DNA of 64,000 nucleotides, from assembly GCA_964016885.1 (NCBI GenBank), contig OZ024741.1, positions 305,598,001 to 305,662,000 of the forward strand. The letters run 5' to 3'. The stretch is from Eledone cirrhosa. Lineage: Eukaryota. Below the pieces are notes generated by a model. The model did no database searches and was not told the origin of the DNA. It saw only the letters and a list, made by a program, of their open reading frames with translations. Both the position numbers and the translations under genes were made by a program. This document shows, piece after piece, positions 51,689 to 64,000 of this stretch (its first letter is position 1; each line of letters opens with the position of its first letter).

Positions 51689-53683
51689 TATATATATATG
51701 TATGTACATATGTATGTGTGTGCATGTGATATTTTTGGTGTTACAACATCTATAAGTACATTAATATATTTTGATAATAATCTGATCGTGATGATAATTA
51801 TAATAATAGTAATCATCATCAATTCATGAAAGCTGAGGTTTTTAGGGAGTGTGACATTCATTGTATTACTAATGCAAGCAATATAAAACTGATTTTTTTT
51901 GTATTTTTTTTTTTTTGTATTTTTAACAAAGGACCCTTATTTTGGTTGACTGAGCGTACTTCAATGCCAAAGTACATCTTATGTGGGTTTTTTTATAGAA
52001 TACTATATTTTCTAATTTATCCTTTCTGAATGAAAGAGTGTAATTGATTTATATATATTTTTTTACTTGGTAGGTGTGGAAGAAGGAGAAATGATCAGAG
52101 CCTTCACAACCCATACAAGACCAAATATGATAGACTGTTGCCATTGATATTCTTTGCACAGTTCTAGTTGTTCACTCAACACAATGGCCTGCAAGTGTCT
52201 GAGTATTCCACAGACACATATATACCGTTAACCCTTTAGCATTTAAACCGGCCATATCCGGCCAGAATTCATAGATTTGATATTATGTGAGATAGAGTGT
52301 TTATTGTGAAAATACAATAGTAAAGGGTTAATGTAATTAGGAGATTCAGTATCACATAGTGAGGGACAACACTGGCCCTTTGGATTACAGGCAAAGTCAA
52401 TCTGATGAGTTCTCAAACAGTTTTTGTCAACTCAGTTTTAACCACATGGCTTAAGTTGATTCAAAGCTATAGTAAAAGACACTTGATACCATGGACTGTG
52501 ATTGGATCCTGGACCTTATGATCTTAGAACTTCTGAACCATTCTCCTTAATAATGATAAGGGCTGGCACTACCATTAAGGCCAGCTAAGTAACCACCAAG
52601 AACACAGACCTCAAATATGTGTGTTTCTGGTCTTTAAGGGATAACAGTTTTATACAAATTTGTATAATTAAATTAGACATATAATAATTATCTGTGGTCA
52701 ATAAATAAATTGTTAAACATCTTTACAACATAGCAGCATTGTGGAAATATCAAAAGTAATTGAGAGGGTTGTATAGTATTATGATGTCACATGATTTGGC
52801 ATGGGTGAGTGTGGACTGTGTAGTGAAAAATGCAGACTTATTAATTTTTTTAGTGTGGTCAGAGAAAAAAGTTTCAAAATGTTTGTTCACCAACTTAACA
52901 AACTGTAAATTGAAATTATTGTATTTGAGAGAATGGGGTGCATAACTGGAAGAAGGGGGCACACATTGTAGAAATAGCCCATGGTGTTAAATACCCAGAC
53001 ACTGGATCTGTATACAACTGATTTAACTGAATTAAAATCATGTTTACCTTACAGAAATATCTTTAGACAATATTTTATAAACTAATAGTCATGCTGTGAA
53101 AGTCTCAAGATTCATTCTTGAATCTGTTAAAATTCCTAGCCAGAGAAACATCGGATGATACACCTTTCAAGTATATCTTGTGTGTATGTGTATGTATGTG
53201 TGTGAGTGTGTATCTATGTATGTATGTATGCATGTGTGCATGGCTGATTATGGTGCAAAATGTTGAATGATTAAAAGCAGTATGAGCTGGATGTTTGAAA
53301 ACAAAAATGTGAAGTATTGCTTAAGTGTAGTGTAATATATATATGATGATGATGATGATGATGATATATATATACATATTTATTTAAACACACACACCCA
53401 CATCTCTGTAAATATGTATTTAGTAGAAAACTACGACTTATTTTATTCATTTCATTCTATTGCTATTTCTCTGAATCTATAAATAGATATCTGCTTAGGT
53501 TGTCTTATAGATGGTTGATACTGAAAAGTATATATCATCATTGTTTAACAACTATTTTCCACACTAGCATGGGTTAGATGGGTTGTCCCATTAGAGGCAA
53601 GTCAGGTCAGGTGACCGTATCTTGCTCATATAAGACTGTTTCTAGGTAGGTTTCTACAGCTGGATGCCCTTCCTAATGCCAAC

Positions 53684-54565
53684 CACATTTACAGTGTGTG
53701 CTGAGTGCTTTTCGTTGTGACTCCTACATGACCACATTTACAGTGTGTGCTGAGTGCTTTTTGTTGTGACTCCTACATGACCACTTTACAGTGTGTGCTG
53801 AGTGCTTTTCATTGTGACTCCTACATGACCACTTTACAGTGTGTGCTGAGTGCTCTTTGTTGTGACTCCTACATGACCACTTTACAGTGTGTGCTGAGTG
53901 CTTTTCGTTGTGACTCCTACATGACCACTTTACAGTGTGTGCTGAGTGCTTTTCATTGTGACTCCTACATGACCACTTTACAGTGTGTGCTGAGTGCTTT
54001 TTGTTGTGACTCCTACATGACCACTTTACAGTGTGTGCTGAGTGCTTTTCATTGTGCCTCCTACATGACCACTTTACAGTGTGTGCTGAGTGCTTTTTGT
54101 TGTGACTCCTACATGACCACTTTACAGTGTGTGCTGAGTGCTTTTTGTTGTGACTCCTACATGACCACTTTACAGTGTGTGCTGAGTGCTTTTCATTGTG
54201 ACTCCTACATGACCACTTTACAGTGTGTGCTGAGTGCTTTTTGTTGTGACTCCTACATGACCACTTTACAGTGTGTGCTGAGTGCTTTTCATTGTGACTC
54301 CTACATGACCACTTTACAGTGTGTGCTGAGTGCTTTTCGTTGTGACTCCTACATGACCACTTTACAGTGTGTGCTGAGTGCTTTTCGTTGTGACTCCTAC
54401 ATGACCACTTTACAGTGTGTGCTGAGTGCTTTTCGTTGTGACTCCTACATGACCACTTTACAGTGTGTGCTGAGTGCTTTTCATTGTGACTCCTACATGA
54501 CCACTTTACAGTGTGGGCTGAGTGCTTTTCGTTGTGACTCCTACATGACCACTTTACAGTGTGGG
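53684..54565. repeat. 48-bp minisatellite (about 18 copies) grown from an RTE 3' UTR
   Basis: Unit accactttacagtgtgtgctgagtgcttttc(a/g)ttgtgactcctacatg, continuous with the RTE 3' UTR at 53535-53690. Confidence 0.92.
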
Positions 54566-54584
54566 CTGTATATATTTTTGTGAT

Positions 54585-56640
54585 GATCATCATCATCATC
54601 TTCGTTTAACATCCATCTTCCACGCTAGCATGGGTTAGACGGGAGTTGTCCCACTTGAGGCAAGGTTGGTCGGGTGACCTTGTCTCACTCATATAGGACT
54701 AGCTGGCAGATTTTCTACGGCTGGATGCCCTTCCTAACACTAACCACATTTACAGTGTGGAACTGGGAACTTTTTACTGTGTTACCTATATGGCCACATT
54801 ACAGCGTGGACTGTGTGTTTTTTTGTCGTGACACCTACACGATCTCGATCTCATTATCTCATTTATTTGGACTGGATGTTGTGCTACCAACTTTACAGAG
54901 AAAGAGTGGTGTTGGTGGGAGTGGGAGGATAGGGTAGGGGTAGTGGATAGGGATGTATATTTGGTTAAGAGGTGCCTACTGACTGTAGGTTTCGCTTTGT
55001 ACATAGGCAAGGCGGGTCTTCTGTATTACTGCATAGCGTCAAAGATCTCGGTCCAATGACATTGTCTTAGAGAGGTGCAAGTGTGTAAGGTCGGAATTTA
55101 TCAAATCGTCCCAGGTTTTTCTGGGTCTACCTACTCCGTAACTACCATCAATTTTGATTTCCCTGCACTTTTTTATACAGCTGTCATCTTTCATGTGCAT
55201 CACGTGACCATACCAACGTAGTCTTCTCTCAAGTAAACAGCATCTGATCCCTCTTATTTCTAATTTCTCACTTAGTTCATTTATGCTTTGCCGTTCACGT
55301 ATGTTACTATTACACATCCAACGGAGCATGCATACTTCATTCCTTTCCAGTCTGCACAGGTCCTTTGCACACGCAATGCCCATGTCTCACTGCCATGTAG
55401 CATTGCTGTTCGTATACAGGCATCATACAATCTGCCTTTCATTTTTAGAGAGAAACCTTTTGTGGCCAACAGTGGTATAAGCTCTCTCAACTTTTTCCAT
55501 CCCATTCTGACTCTGCCTTACAGAACACTCTCCACCACTGCTGATTTTGTCACCCAGGTAACGGAAAGTGTCCACTATTTCTATAGAACCATCTCGGCAA
55601 TAGAAGGAGCTAGTATCCTGTGGGCACTTGCTACTTATTGCACCTGAGCATCAGCCACATATAAAATCCACGTACTTAGATAGTTTACCTGTGATCCCAC
55701 TACATCTTTTATGTACCCGTAGTTTGCATTTGAGACATAAAATGGAATTTCTGCCTACTCCTTTCCTACACACTGAGCATGGCCATTTCCCTGAGGGCAC
55801 CTGTGCCTTATTTTCCTTTCTACAAAATAGAACTTTAGTCTTAAACAAGTTAACTTTAAGGCCTTTTGATTCTAGGCCATGCTTCCATGTTTAGAATTTC
55901 TCTCTAGTTCAGCCATTGATTCAGCTATGAGCGTTAGATCATCTGCGTATAGGAGTTCCCATGGGCAGCCGGTCTTGAATTCCTCTGTTATAGCCTGAAG
56001 GGCAATAATAAATAGGAGGGGGCTAAAGACAGAGCCTTGACGAACACCAACTTTTACACTAAATTCTTCACAATATTCATTGTTAATTCTAACCTTACTG
56101 ACTGTTTCTTTATATATGGCTTGTATAGCTCTCACAAGCCATTCATCTACACCTAGTTTTCTAAGAGCCCACCAGATAATGGAGTGGAGGACTCTGTCAA
56201 AGGCTTTCTCCAGGTCTACAAAAGCTATATAGAGGGGTTTACTTTTAGCTAGGTACTACTCCTGTAGTTGTCGTACAAGGAAAAGAGCGTCTGTGGTACT
56301 TTTACCTGACACAAACCCAAACTGCATTTCATCTAGATCAATTCGCTCTCTGATTAGTTGTGCTATAACTCTTTCTGTGACCTTCATGACCTGCTCAACT
56401 AACTTAATGCCTCTATAGTTTCTCCTATCTAGAGCATCCCCTTTACCCGTGTAGCAGTTAATGATGATGCTGCTATGCCAGTCTTTTGGTATGACCCCAT
56501 TCTGTATTACTTGGTTAACTATACGGGTGACCATAGTGTGTCCCACCATTCCAGATGCCTTCAACATCTCAGCAACTATCTCCGAAGGCCCAGCTGCCTT
56601 GCCTGTCTTCATTTCTTTGATTGCCTTACTTATTATACTA
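54585..56640 (-). mobile_element. 5'-truncated RTE LINE, close relative of the 25-28 kb copy
   Basis: ORFs 56256..56612, 55872..56135, 55651..55848, 55281..55505 and 55039..55383. Confidence 0.9.
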
Positions 56641-56927
56641 CCTTTAACTTTGTGAATTAATATTAAGATGAGGGTGGTCCACGCTGACTCCAGACATACT
56701 CGTGGCTGCCAAGGCCAATTACATGGGATAGGCAGGCATGGCCACAGCTGCAGGTCTGGTCAGGGTTTGATGACATAGTGTTGCAGTTCTTGCTCCTGTG
56801 CCTTTTGCCCTCCAAGGTTCTGCCCCTCGGGGAGATATTATTAGTGAATGAAAGAATGTGACAACTTTTCATTGGTTGAATTATGATGTTACTATTTGTC
56901 ACCATACATAATACACACGCACGCACG

Positions 56928-56998
<71 letters not shown>

Positions 56999-57039
56999 AC
57001 ACACACACACACACACATACATAAATCTCTCTCCCAGGA

Positions 57040-57955
57040 AAATTGGAAGACTACTTAATGCTCAAACAAAATAAAATAATGGACAAATTCATTACGTATA
57101 ATGTACATGGGTACTTGAAATGAAAAACACAGACCATAGAGGGGATAAATCATACTAAAAGCCTGACATGGAGTTCTGAATTTGAAGGATACCTCCATGC
57201 AATCTAGAAACAAGAAATCCTCACCAAGTATTGCACAAAAATGGAAAGTCATCAGTTTACAATAATTGTAGGTGTTGCAAAACAAAGAACGAAGATATTA
57301 GCCTCATTACTGCCAACTGTGAAAGAATATCTTCTCATTACTACCTTCCCATGAGGGATGATATGATAGCTAGAACAATCTAGAATGCATTACAGCAGGC
57401 ATAAATAAAAACAAATAGGGAGGAATATCTTAAGATTTATGGCTCAAAGGAATACTGGTAGAATCTAAAAATAAAAACATCTACCAAATTAAAACACAAC
57501 TGGCCTGATATTGTTGTTTGGGACTACACATTAAAAACATACTCTATTGTAGAAGTCAACTGCCTATTCAATGTCAATTTGGTCAGAAAAATGTAAGAGA
57601 ACGAGCATATCTATGGACCATTGATGAGGAGTTTGAAGATCCAGTACCCTAAATACATGCTCAGTTTCATACCTAGTATTATTGCTGCTACAGGATATAT
57701 ACCAGCCTGCCTAGATCAAGTATGACTTGGTTTTGTGGAGAAAGAATGTAACTCCTTAATCCTTAAGTTACAAATGACTGCAATATTCGGAACGTTCAAA
57801 ATCTGTAAAATATACTCATAATTCAAAGGATGAACTTTAATACAAGAGATAACAAAAAGTTCCTTTTCTTTACAGCCTTGCCACTGGAAATGTGATCAAT
57901 CAAAAATAAACTCAAAATTAAAAGAAAGAGAATATACATACATACATACATACAT
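57040..57955 (+). mobile_element. R4/Dong-like non-LTR retrotransposon 3' remnant (restriction-like endonuclease)
   Basis: Manual translation: CRCCKTKNEDISLITANC...YLPMRDD (knuckle plus RHD-like) and KHNWPDIVVWDYTLKTYSIVEVNC...IYGPL...FIPSIIAATGYIP (PD..E). Flanked by (CA)n and (TACA)n. Confidence 0.7.
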
Positions 57956-57959
57956 GATG

Positions 57960-58340
57960 GTTGCAAACTCTGCTAAGAGTATTGCAATCGCTTGTCAGAT
58001 TCAGATGTGTGATGCTCGGATATGGCTTTTCAAGCCTGCTAGAGACTTGCACTCCTTCACACATTGACGACAACTATGGATCTCCTTGGCCTCAGGTCTT
58101 GCATCAGGTTGCTTATGAACCTTCACAATACCGTGGATATCATAGTTAACTGGTTCTCTTTGAACATGGCTGTGACTGTGGCTCCTGAGACCAGATTTGC
58201 CCTGAGTGTAGAAAGATTTGCTAGAGCAAATCTTTCTACACTCAGGGCACACCAATTCAAAGGAGACACCGATTGTTTCAAGAGATACACCAGGGCATTG
58301 CTGACTCACATCCCATTTGATCTTCTCATGCTCATGCTTG
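57960..58340 (-). pseudogene. Degenerate C2H2 zinc-finger fragment, probably a LINE C-terminal tail
   Basis: CPECRKIC...GLRSHSHSH and CRQCVKECKSLAGLKSHIR; no TGEKP linkers. Confidence 0.45.
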
Positions 58341-58481
58341 TAAGATAAAATAAAAACACAAAAAGAAAGTATTCAGTAAATGAAAACATTTTCCTTTTAT
58401 CTGAAGGATGTAATTGATCTGAGTTAATTGAGAGATATTTATACCTTGGATAGAATGCAAGTCTATTTCAAGTTTTTTACA

Positions 58482-58681
58482 NNNNNNNNNNNNNNNNNNN
58501 NNNNNNNNNNNNNNNNNNNNNNNNNNNNNNNNNNNNNNNNNNNNNNNNNNNNNNNNNNNNNNNNNNNNNNNNNNNNNNNNNNNNNNNNNNNNNNNNNNNN
58601 NNNNNNNNNNNNNNNNNNNNNNNNNNNNNNNNNNNNNNNNNNNNNNNNNNNNNNNNNNNNNNNNNNNNNNNNNNNNNNNNN
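58482..58681. other. Assembly gap (200 N)
   Basis: Run of N. Confidence 1.
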
Positions 58682-58846
58682 AACTCAGATCATAAAGGGC
58701 CGTAACTCTATGCTGCAAAGTATGGTGTCCGACTCTCTACCGATACTGCCAATCCACTGCCCTTATATATCTAAACTATAATAAAGTAAGGAATATATTT
58801 GTTTATCCCGTTTGTAAAATAAGTTGGATTACTTTGAATAAATAAT

Positions 58847-59031
58847 TGTTTCTACTTTAGGCACAAGGCCAGAAATTACCCAGTGCATTACTGGTACTTT
58901 ATTTTATCGACCCCGTAAGGATGAAAGGCAAAGTCAACCTTGGCGGGATTTGAACTCAGATCGTAAAGGGACGTAACTATGCTGGAAAGCATGGCGTCCG
59001 ACCCTCTACCGATACTGCCAATCCACCTCCC
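58847..59031 (-). mobile_element. Young SINE family A copy with 18-bp TSD
   Basis: TTACTTTGAATAAATAAT at 58829-58846 and 59032-59049. Confidence 0.92.
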
Positions 59032-59424
59032 TTACTTTGAATAAATAATGAATGAATATTACATAATTTATGTACTAAATTTCGTTATTCTTGATTAAAT
59101 ATAAATAATTTTGTGGTTTATTTTAAGATTCACTTCTTTAAAATTTTTAAATGTCAACACTTCCAGTTAACGATCGCTTAAATAAACATTCATATTTTTA
59201 ATGTATCATGGATTATGTTACTGATTACATAAGACAATGTAACGCAGTCTTCGTTCAATTTCTGTGTATATTGTCAATTATGATTTTATTTGATGTATCA
59301 TATCTACATGCATATATACTTGCGTATAATATCAATATGCACACTACACATGTTAGTAGGAACCACCCAAAGGGTGGATTTAATGCTAGTACATATAATA
59401 ATGATAATAATAATAATAATAATA

Positions 59425-62400
59425 ATGCTTTCTTTATTAACCACAAGGGTTTACATAAAGTAGACATTAAGGATAGTACAGGACAATACAGGACGGTACA
59501 AATGGGCATTTTGCGTGTAAAAAAAACAGAGGATGTAATAAAAATAACAATGAAAAATTCCCCAATAGGGGGGAGACTTCCGAAGGACATTTGTGGAGAA
59601 AGCCCATTAAAAGGCCACAGTGACCCTGACCACCAGAGCAAGTGCGCTCTCCCAGTTTTCCACCTTTAATTTAAAGACACATACTCAGAGTAGGCCCATT
59701 CACTCGGGCCATACTTGCTTCTCTCACCCATACTTGCTTCTTTCAACAAAATGCTGGGAAGAGAGCACTTCCCTCTCTACCCTGATTTTCCTTTTCAAAT
59801 GAAATTTTAAAATGTTAATCAGGGCATCACCGAAGAGGTAAGTGCTCGTCTTCAGCCCTTTCAAACGTGTCCACCATACTATCTCTTTCGCCATGGCCAC
59901 CAGCCAGATAAAAACTGCCTGCCCTTCCCGGCTAAAAGAAGAGGGCGGGGCAATCCTCACGATGGACTCAGCTGATAGCTGGATCCGTCCTACACGTGAC
60001 AGCAGGTGTTCGACATAAACCCACAAGTCAGCAATGCTCTGACACTGGACGAGTGCGTGCAGGAAGGTTTCGTCACCCTGCGCGAAGAGATTGGCTAGTT
60101 GATTTTCGTCGACGCCTAGAGTTTCTCCAAGTACGTCGTCGCTCTTCCCCTCCAGTAATCCTCTATAGAACGCCAAGGTGGAGTTTCCACCGATCACATT
60201 GCCCGATTGGTCGAGGGCTGTGAGCGCCTGAAGACATTCCAGTCTCCAAGCGCTCCCCTCGGTCTTCACTTGACCCAGGACTGCAGCTCCGTCAAGGAGA
60301 CGAGCTGGGGAAAGACGTGTCTAGCAAACGGCGACCACACCTGATCACCGTCGAGGAAGAGGTGGAGATGTCGTAGCCTGAGCGTGTGTCTGCGCATCAT
60401 CAGCCACGGCATGCCCAGCCCTCCACGTTGCGGGTGTTGACAGCAGATGGACCGCCTGACCATCGGAGCGCGTCCCTTCTACAAAAAGTGAAAGAGCAAA
60501 CGCTCCGGCGCAGTCAGGCGGGGCTTAGGACAAGTTACGACGGTCAGGCGGTAGTAGATGACGGACGCGATGTACGCGTTGGCCACCTCCGCTCGACCTT
60601 TCAGGGATAGCTTCCTCTTCGCCCATTTCTGGGTGAGAGAAGCCACCCTGCTCGTCACCTCATCCCAGTTTTTGTTCGTCTGGAGGTCCGGACCGAACCA
60701 GACCCCTAGCAATTTAACCGGTCCGTCCGTCCAGCGCCCGACGACGCTGTTGGACGGCATGGACCTGCCTCTCCAGGTGCCGAGTTGCAGGCCCACTGAC
60801 TTTTCCTGGTTAATCATTGCTCCTGTCACCGCTTCGTATTATCTTAGTGTAGTGCCGATCGCCTCGATGTGTTTGGCGTTCGACACCACTACGGTGACAT
60901 CGTCCACATATGCTGACACGGATCTTCCGTATCCTAGTTCGCGTCTCCAGTTTGTGCAGTAATGGCTTGAGAGTCAATACGTACAAGAGGGACGAGAGAG
61001 GCCATCCTTGGCGGACCGAGCACATGATGTTGAACGGTTCCGAAAGGTGACCGTTCGCTCTCACCACAGAGCAGATGTCACTGTGCATGGCAGCGATCCA
61101 GCCTCTGAAGATGGGCCCAAAGCCAGCCGCCCTCAGGACTGCCGCTAGGTAACGATGGTCGACCCTATCGAAAGCATTCGACTTATCTAAATTGATCAAG
61201 GACCCACCCGTGCCAGGTTCCCTAGCTACCCTCTCTACGATGTATCGCATGAGGTGGAGGTTGTCGTGGATGGATCTGTCGGGAATGGCGCACGTCTGCG
61301 CCTCTCCCACCAGACCACCAACGACAAGCGCCAACCTCTTTGCTAGCACCTTGGCCAAAATCTTAATCTTGAACTCTGTGTTTAGCAGAGTTATGGGGCT
61401 GAAATTATCTATGTTATCCCCCTTGTTCGGATCCTTTCTCAGCAGTGCCACCGCTCCTCGGCTCACAGAGCTGGGAATTCTCCCGTTCTGTTGCCAGTTG
61501 CAGTAGACGTCCGCCAAGAGGCCTCCGAACAAGTCTGGCATCTGTACGTAAAGTTCATAGGGCAGACCATCCAAACCAGGCGATTTACCCCTTGTGCAGC
61601 CAGTCATTGCCTCCCGTACTTCAGCGGCTGTTATCGGCTTTTCGCAACACTCCGCCTCAGTGGCCGAGAGCCGCGGAAGTCCGTCGAGGTAGACACTAAA
61701 GTCCATCCGGCCCGCCGCTGCCCACGAACAGCTGAGCGAAGTGTCGCTGAAAAGCTTTACACATTTGCCCGGGATAGAGTAGCATGCGCCCGTCGTGGTC
61801 CACCAAAGACCGGATCGTGGCTTTGTTTCCACGACGCGCCTCCGCCACTCGGGCCCATTGAACGGCTTTCGTCCCCTCGTGTCTGAGTGCACGCACCCTA
61901 GCTCTGACAACGCAGCCTTCGTGCTTTGCATTGAAGAATTGGTCAAGGGCCAATTTCGCCGCAAGTACGTCGGTCACGATGCCTTTGCTAAGCGCCTCGT
62001 CTAATTTTCTAACTAATTCTCCCTCTGCTCTATTTTTCTCTATTGCTAAAGCCTTACTAAACCTAATGGACTATATTCTAATTGCTCTTTTCAGAGCAAA
62101 CCACCACTTGTTGTTGACGATGGCCCCCGTCAACGCCCGCTTAACTAGTTCGCTAATCCAGTCTCTGTAGGCCTTGCGCGCTGGTAAGAACGCGTTTAGC
62201 TTCCAGTAGCCGGGTCCTCATCCATGAAGCCTATCTAAGTCAAGCACACAGATCACGAATTTGTGGTCCGTGTAGCTGACTATCTTGAATTGTGGACAGC
62301 CTATGCTAGACCTATCTATTTCCCTACAAAATACTCTATCTAGATATGATCTGGATGACCCTATGTGATTTGTCCAAGTCCACATTGGCACATTCGGGAA

Positions 62401-62832
62401 ATCCAACGCTCCCTGGTAGCACTGCCAGGCCATGGATTTTTGGAAGTTATCCATAGGCCCTGGGCTGAAAGTTCTCCGGAAGAGAGCAAACAGCTGATCT
62501 TCAACGCCCAGGATCTCTCTGAGAACATCGTCGCTCTTCCCCTCCACTAGTCCTCTATAGAACGCCGAGGTGGATGTTCCACCGATACTGGTGCCCAGCT
62601 GGTAGAGGGCAGTGCGTGCCTGGAGACATTCCAGTTTCCAAGCGCTATCCCTCGGTCTTTTCCTGACCCAGGACTGCAGCTCCGTCAAGGAGACAAGCTG
62701 TGGAAGAACGTGCCTGGTGAACGGCGACCACACCTGTTCACCGTCAAGGAAGCACCAGAGATGTTGCAGCCTCAGCGCATGTTTGCGCATCATTAGCCAT
62801 GGCATGCCCAGTCATCCACGCATCTGCTGTCA
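59425..62832 (-). mobile_element. Rearranged L1/Tx1-clade LINE (same family as 1320-3225)
   Basis: ORFs 60810..61964 (RT), 60479..60829, 60266..60463, 59724..60269, and the chimeric 62218..62805. Confidence 0.9.
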
Positions 62833-63055
62833 ATAATAATAATAATAATTTCTTATATAGGCACAAGGCCAGTAATTTGGGGGAGGGAAAAGTCGATGAA
62901 ATTGACCCCAGTGCGTGACTGGTACTTTATTTTATCGACCCCGTAAAGATGAAAGCCAAAGTTAACCTTTGCGGGATTTGAACTCAGACCATAAAGGGCC
63001 GTAACTCTTTGCTGCAAAGCATGGCGTCCGACCCTCTACCGATACTGCCAACCGC
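62833..63055 (-). mobile_element. SINE family A copy with (ATT)n tail
   Basis: Same central domain and A/B-box-like head. Confidence 0.88.
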
Positions 63056-63334
63056 CCTGGTGGAGGGTGATAATAAAGAAACTATAGGTAAGCTATTTAC
63101 TGACAATACATACATCGTGATGGAACACATTTTTACTATGTATTTGTAATTTTTTTCTGTGAATTTTACACCCTCTTTAATTAAGCTATAATCCTCCTTC
63201 TCAGTTAAGTAATACCATGTCCAGGTGCCAACTAGGAAGTGTCGGAATTTCATTATAGAAATATGATAATGAAGAAGTAGTGAAGAAAAGGAAGGAAACA
63301 ACAAAGGTAAGGAAGAGAGGGGGAGACACAGATT

Positions 63335-63715
63335 AGTGTTGTTTCTGCTACTGATGCTGCTGATGCTACTGATGATGATGGTGATTATAGTGATGGCAAA
63401 TGTAGGGTGCTACCACAGATATTTTACTGGTGGTGGTGGTGGTGGTGTTGTTAGTAGGGTTGGTAGTGTTTGTGGTGGTGGTGATGATGGTGATGATGTT
63501 GGTTTTAGGATTGGTAATGTTGGTTGTTGGTGTTGAAGTGGTGTTGGTGGTAGTAGTGTTATTGTTGGTGGTGGTGATGATGATGATGATAGTGGTGATG
63601 ATAGTAGCGGTGTTGGTGATGATGATGATGATAATGGTGGTGGTGGTGGTGATAGTGATGATGATAGTAGTGGTGGTTGGGGTAATGGTAATGATGATGG
63701 TGATGGTGATGGTGT
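63335..63715. repeat. Compound (GTG/GAT)n trinucleotide tract
   Basis: Directly visible. Confidence 0.9.
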
Positions 63716-63845
63716 ACTGCTCTGGAATGATGATGAATATTGGCTTTTTAAAGTATTTCAATAATTTACATTCCAATACAGTAACTTCCTATTTTTAGCA
63801 CACACACACAAATACACATATATACACGCACACGCACACACACAC

Positions 63846-63878
<33 letters not shown>

Positions 63879-64000
63879 CACATACATATACACATGCTTA
63901 CATATACACACACATGCATACTCATATATACACAAATCTATATATATATATATATATACATGTATTTATATATATGTATATATACACAATACACACATAC

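Noticed and set aside
51138-51861. Numerous YI/VC/HT-rich ORFs here and elsewhere
   Set aside because: Translations of dinucleotide microsatellites.
53724-54599. 291-aa and 278-aa repetitive ORFs; CRISPR-like periodicity
   Set aside because: Translations of a 48-bp tandem repeat with no unique spacers; eukaryotic context.
58001-58309. Host C2H2 zinc-finger gene
   Set aside because: Degenerate fingers with no linkers or exon structure; more like a LINE tail.

Overview
Eukaryotic, AT-rich, microsatellite-dense DNA made almost entirely of transposable elements. The SINE, LINE and microsatellite make-up looks like an Octopus genome (inference). No host protein-coding gene can be called; there are only weak exon candidates. 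It holds L1/Tx1-clade LINEs (one near full length at about 8065-13432, with an inverted copy of its own 3' end fused to its 5' end), several RTE-clade LINEs (one almost intact at about 24660-28320), an R4/Dong-like RLE remnant, a hATm-like transposase remnant, two tRNA-type SINE families, several MITE families, non-autonomous Helitrons carrying a 41-bp array, a 48-bp array derived from an RTE 3' UTR, and a 200-N gap. The most striking signal is invisible in the ORF track. At least six unrelated short non-coding elements, mostly back-to-back inverted repeats next to (TA)n tracts, each contain a hand-foldable type I hammerhead ribozyme motif. This matches Penelope-like pseudo-LTR or retrozyme architecture. 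One pair has a compensatory U3:A8 catalytic core, and one has captured nearby genomic DNA between its arms. All folds and alignments were done by eye.
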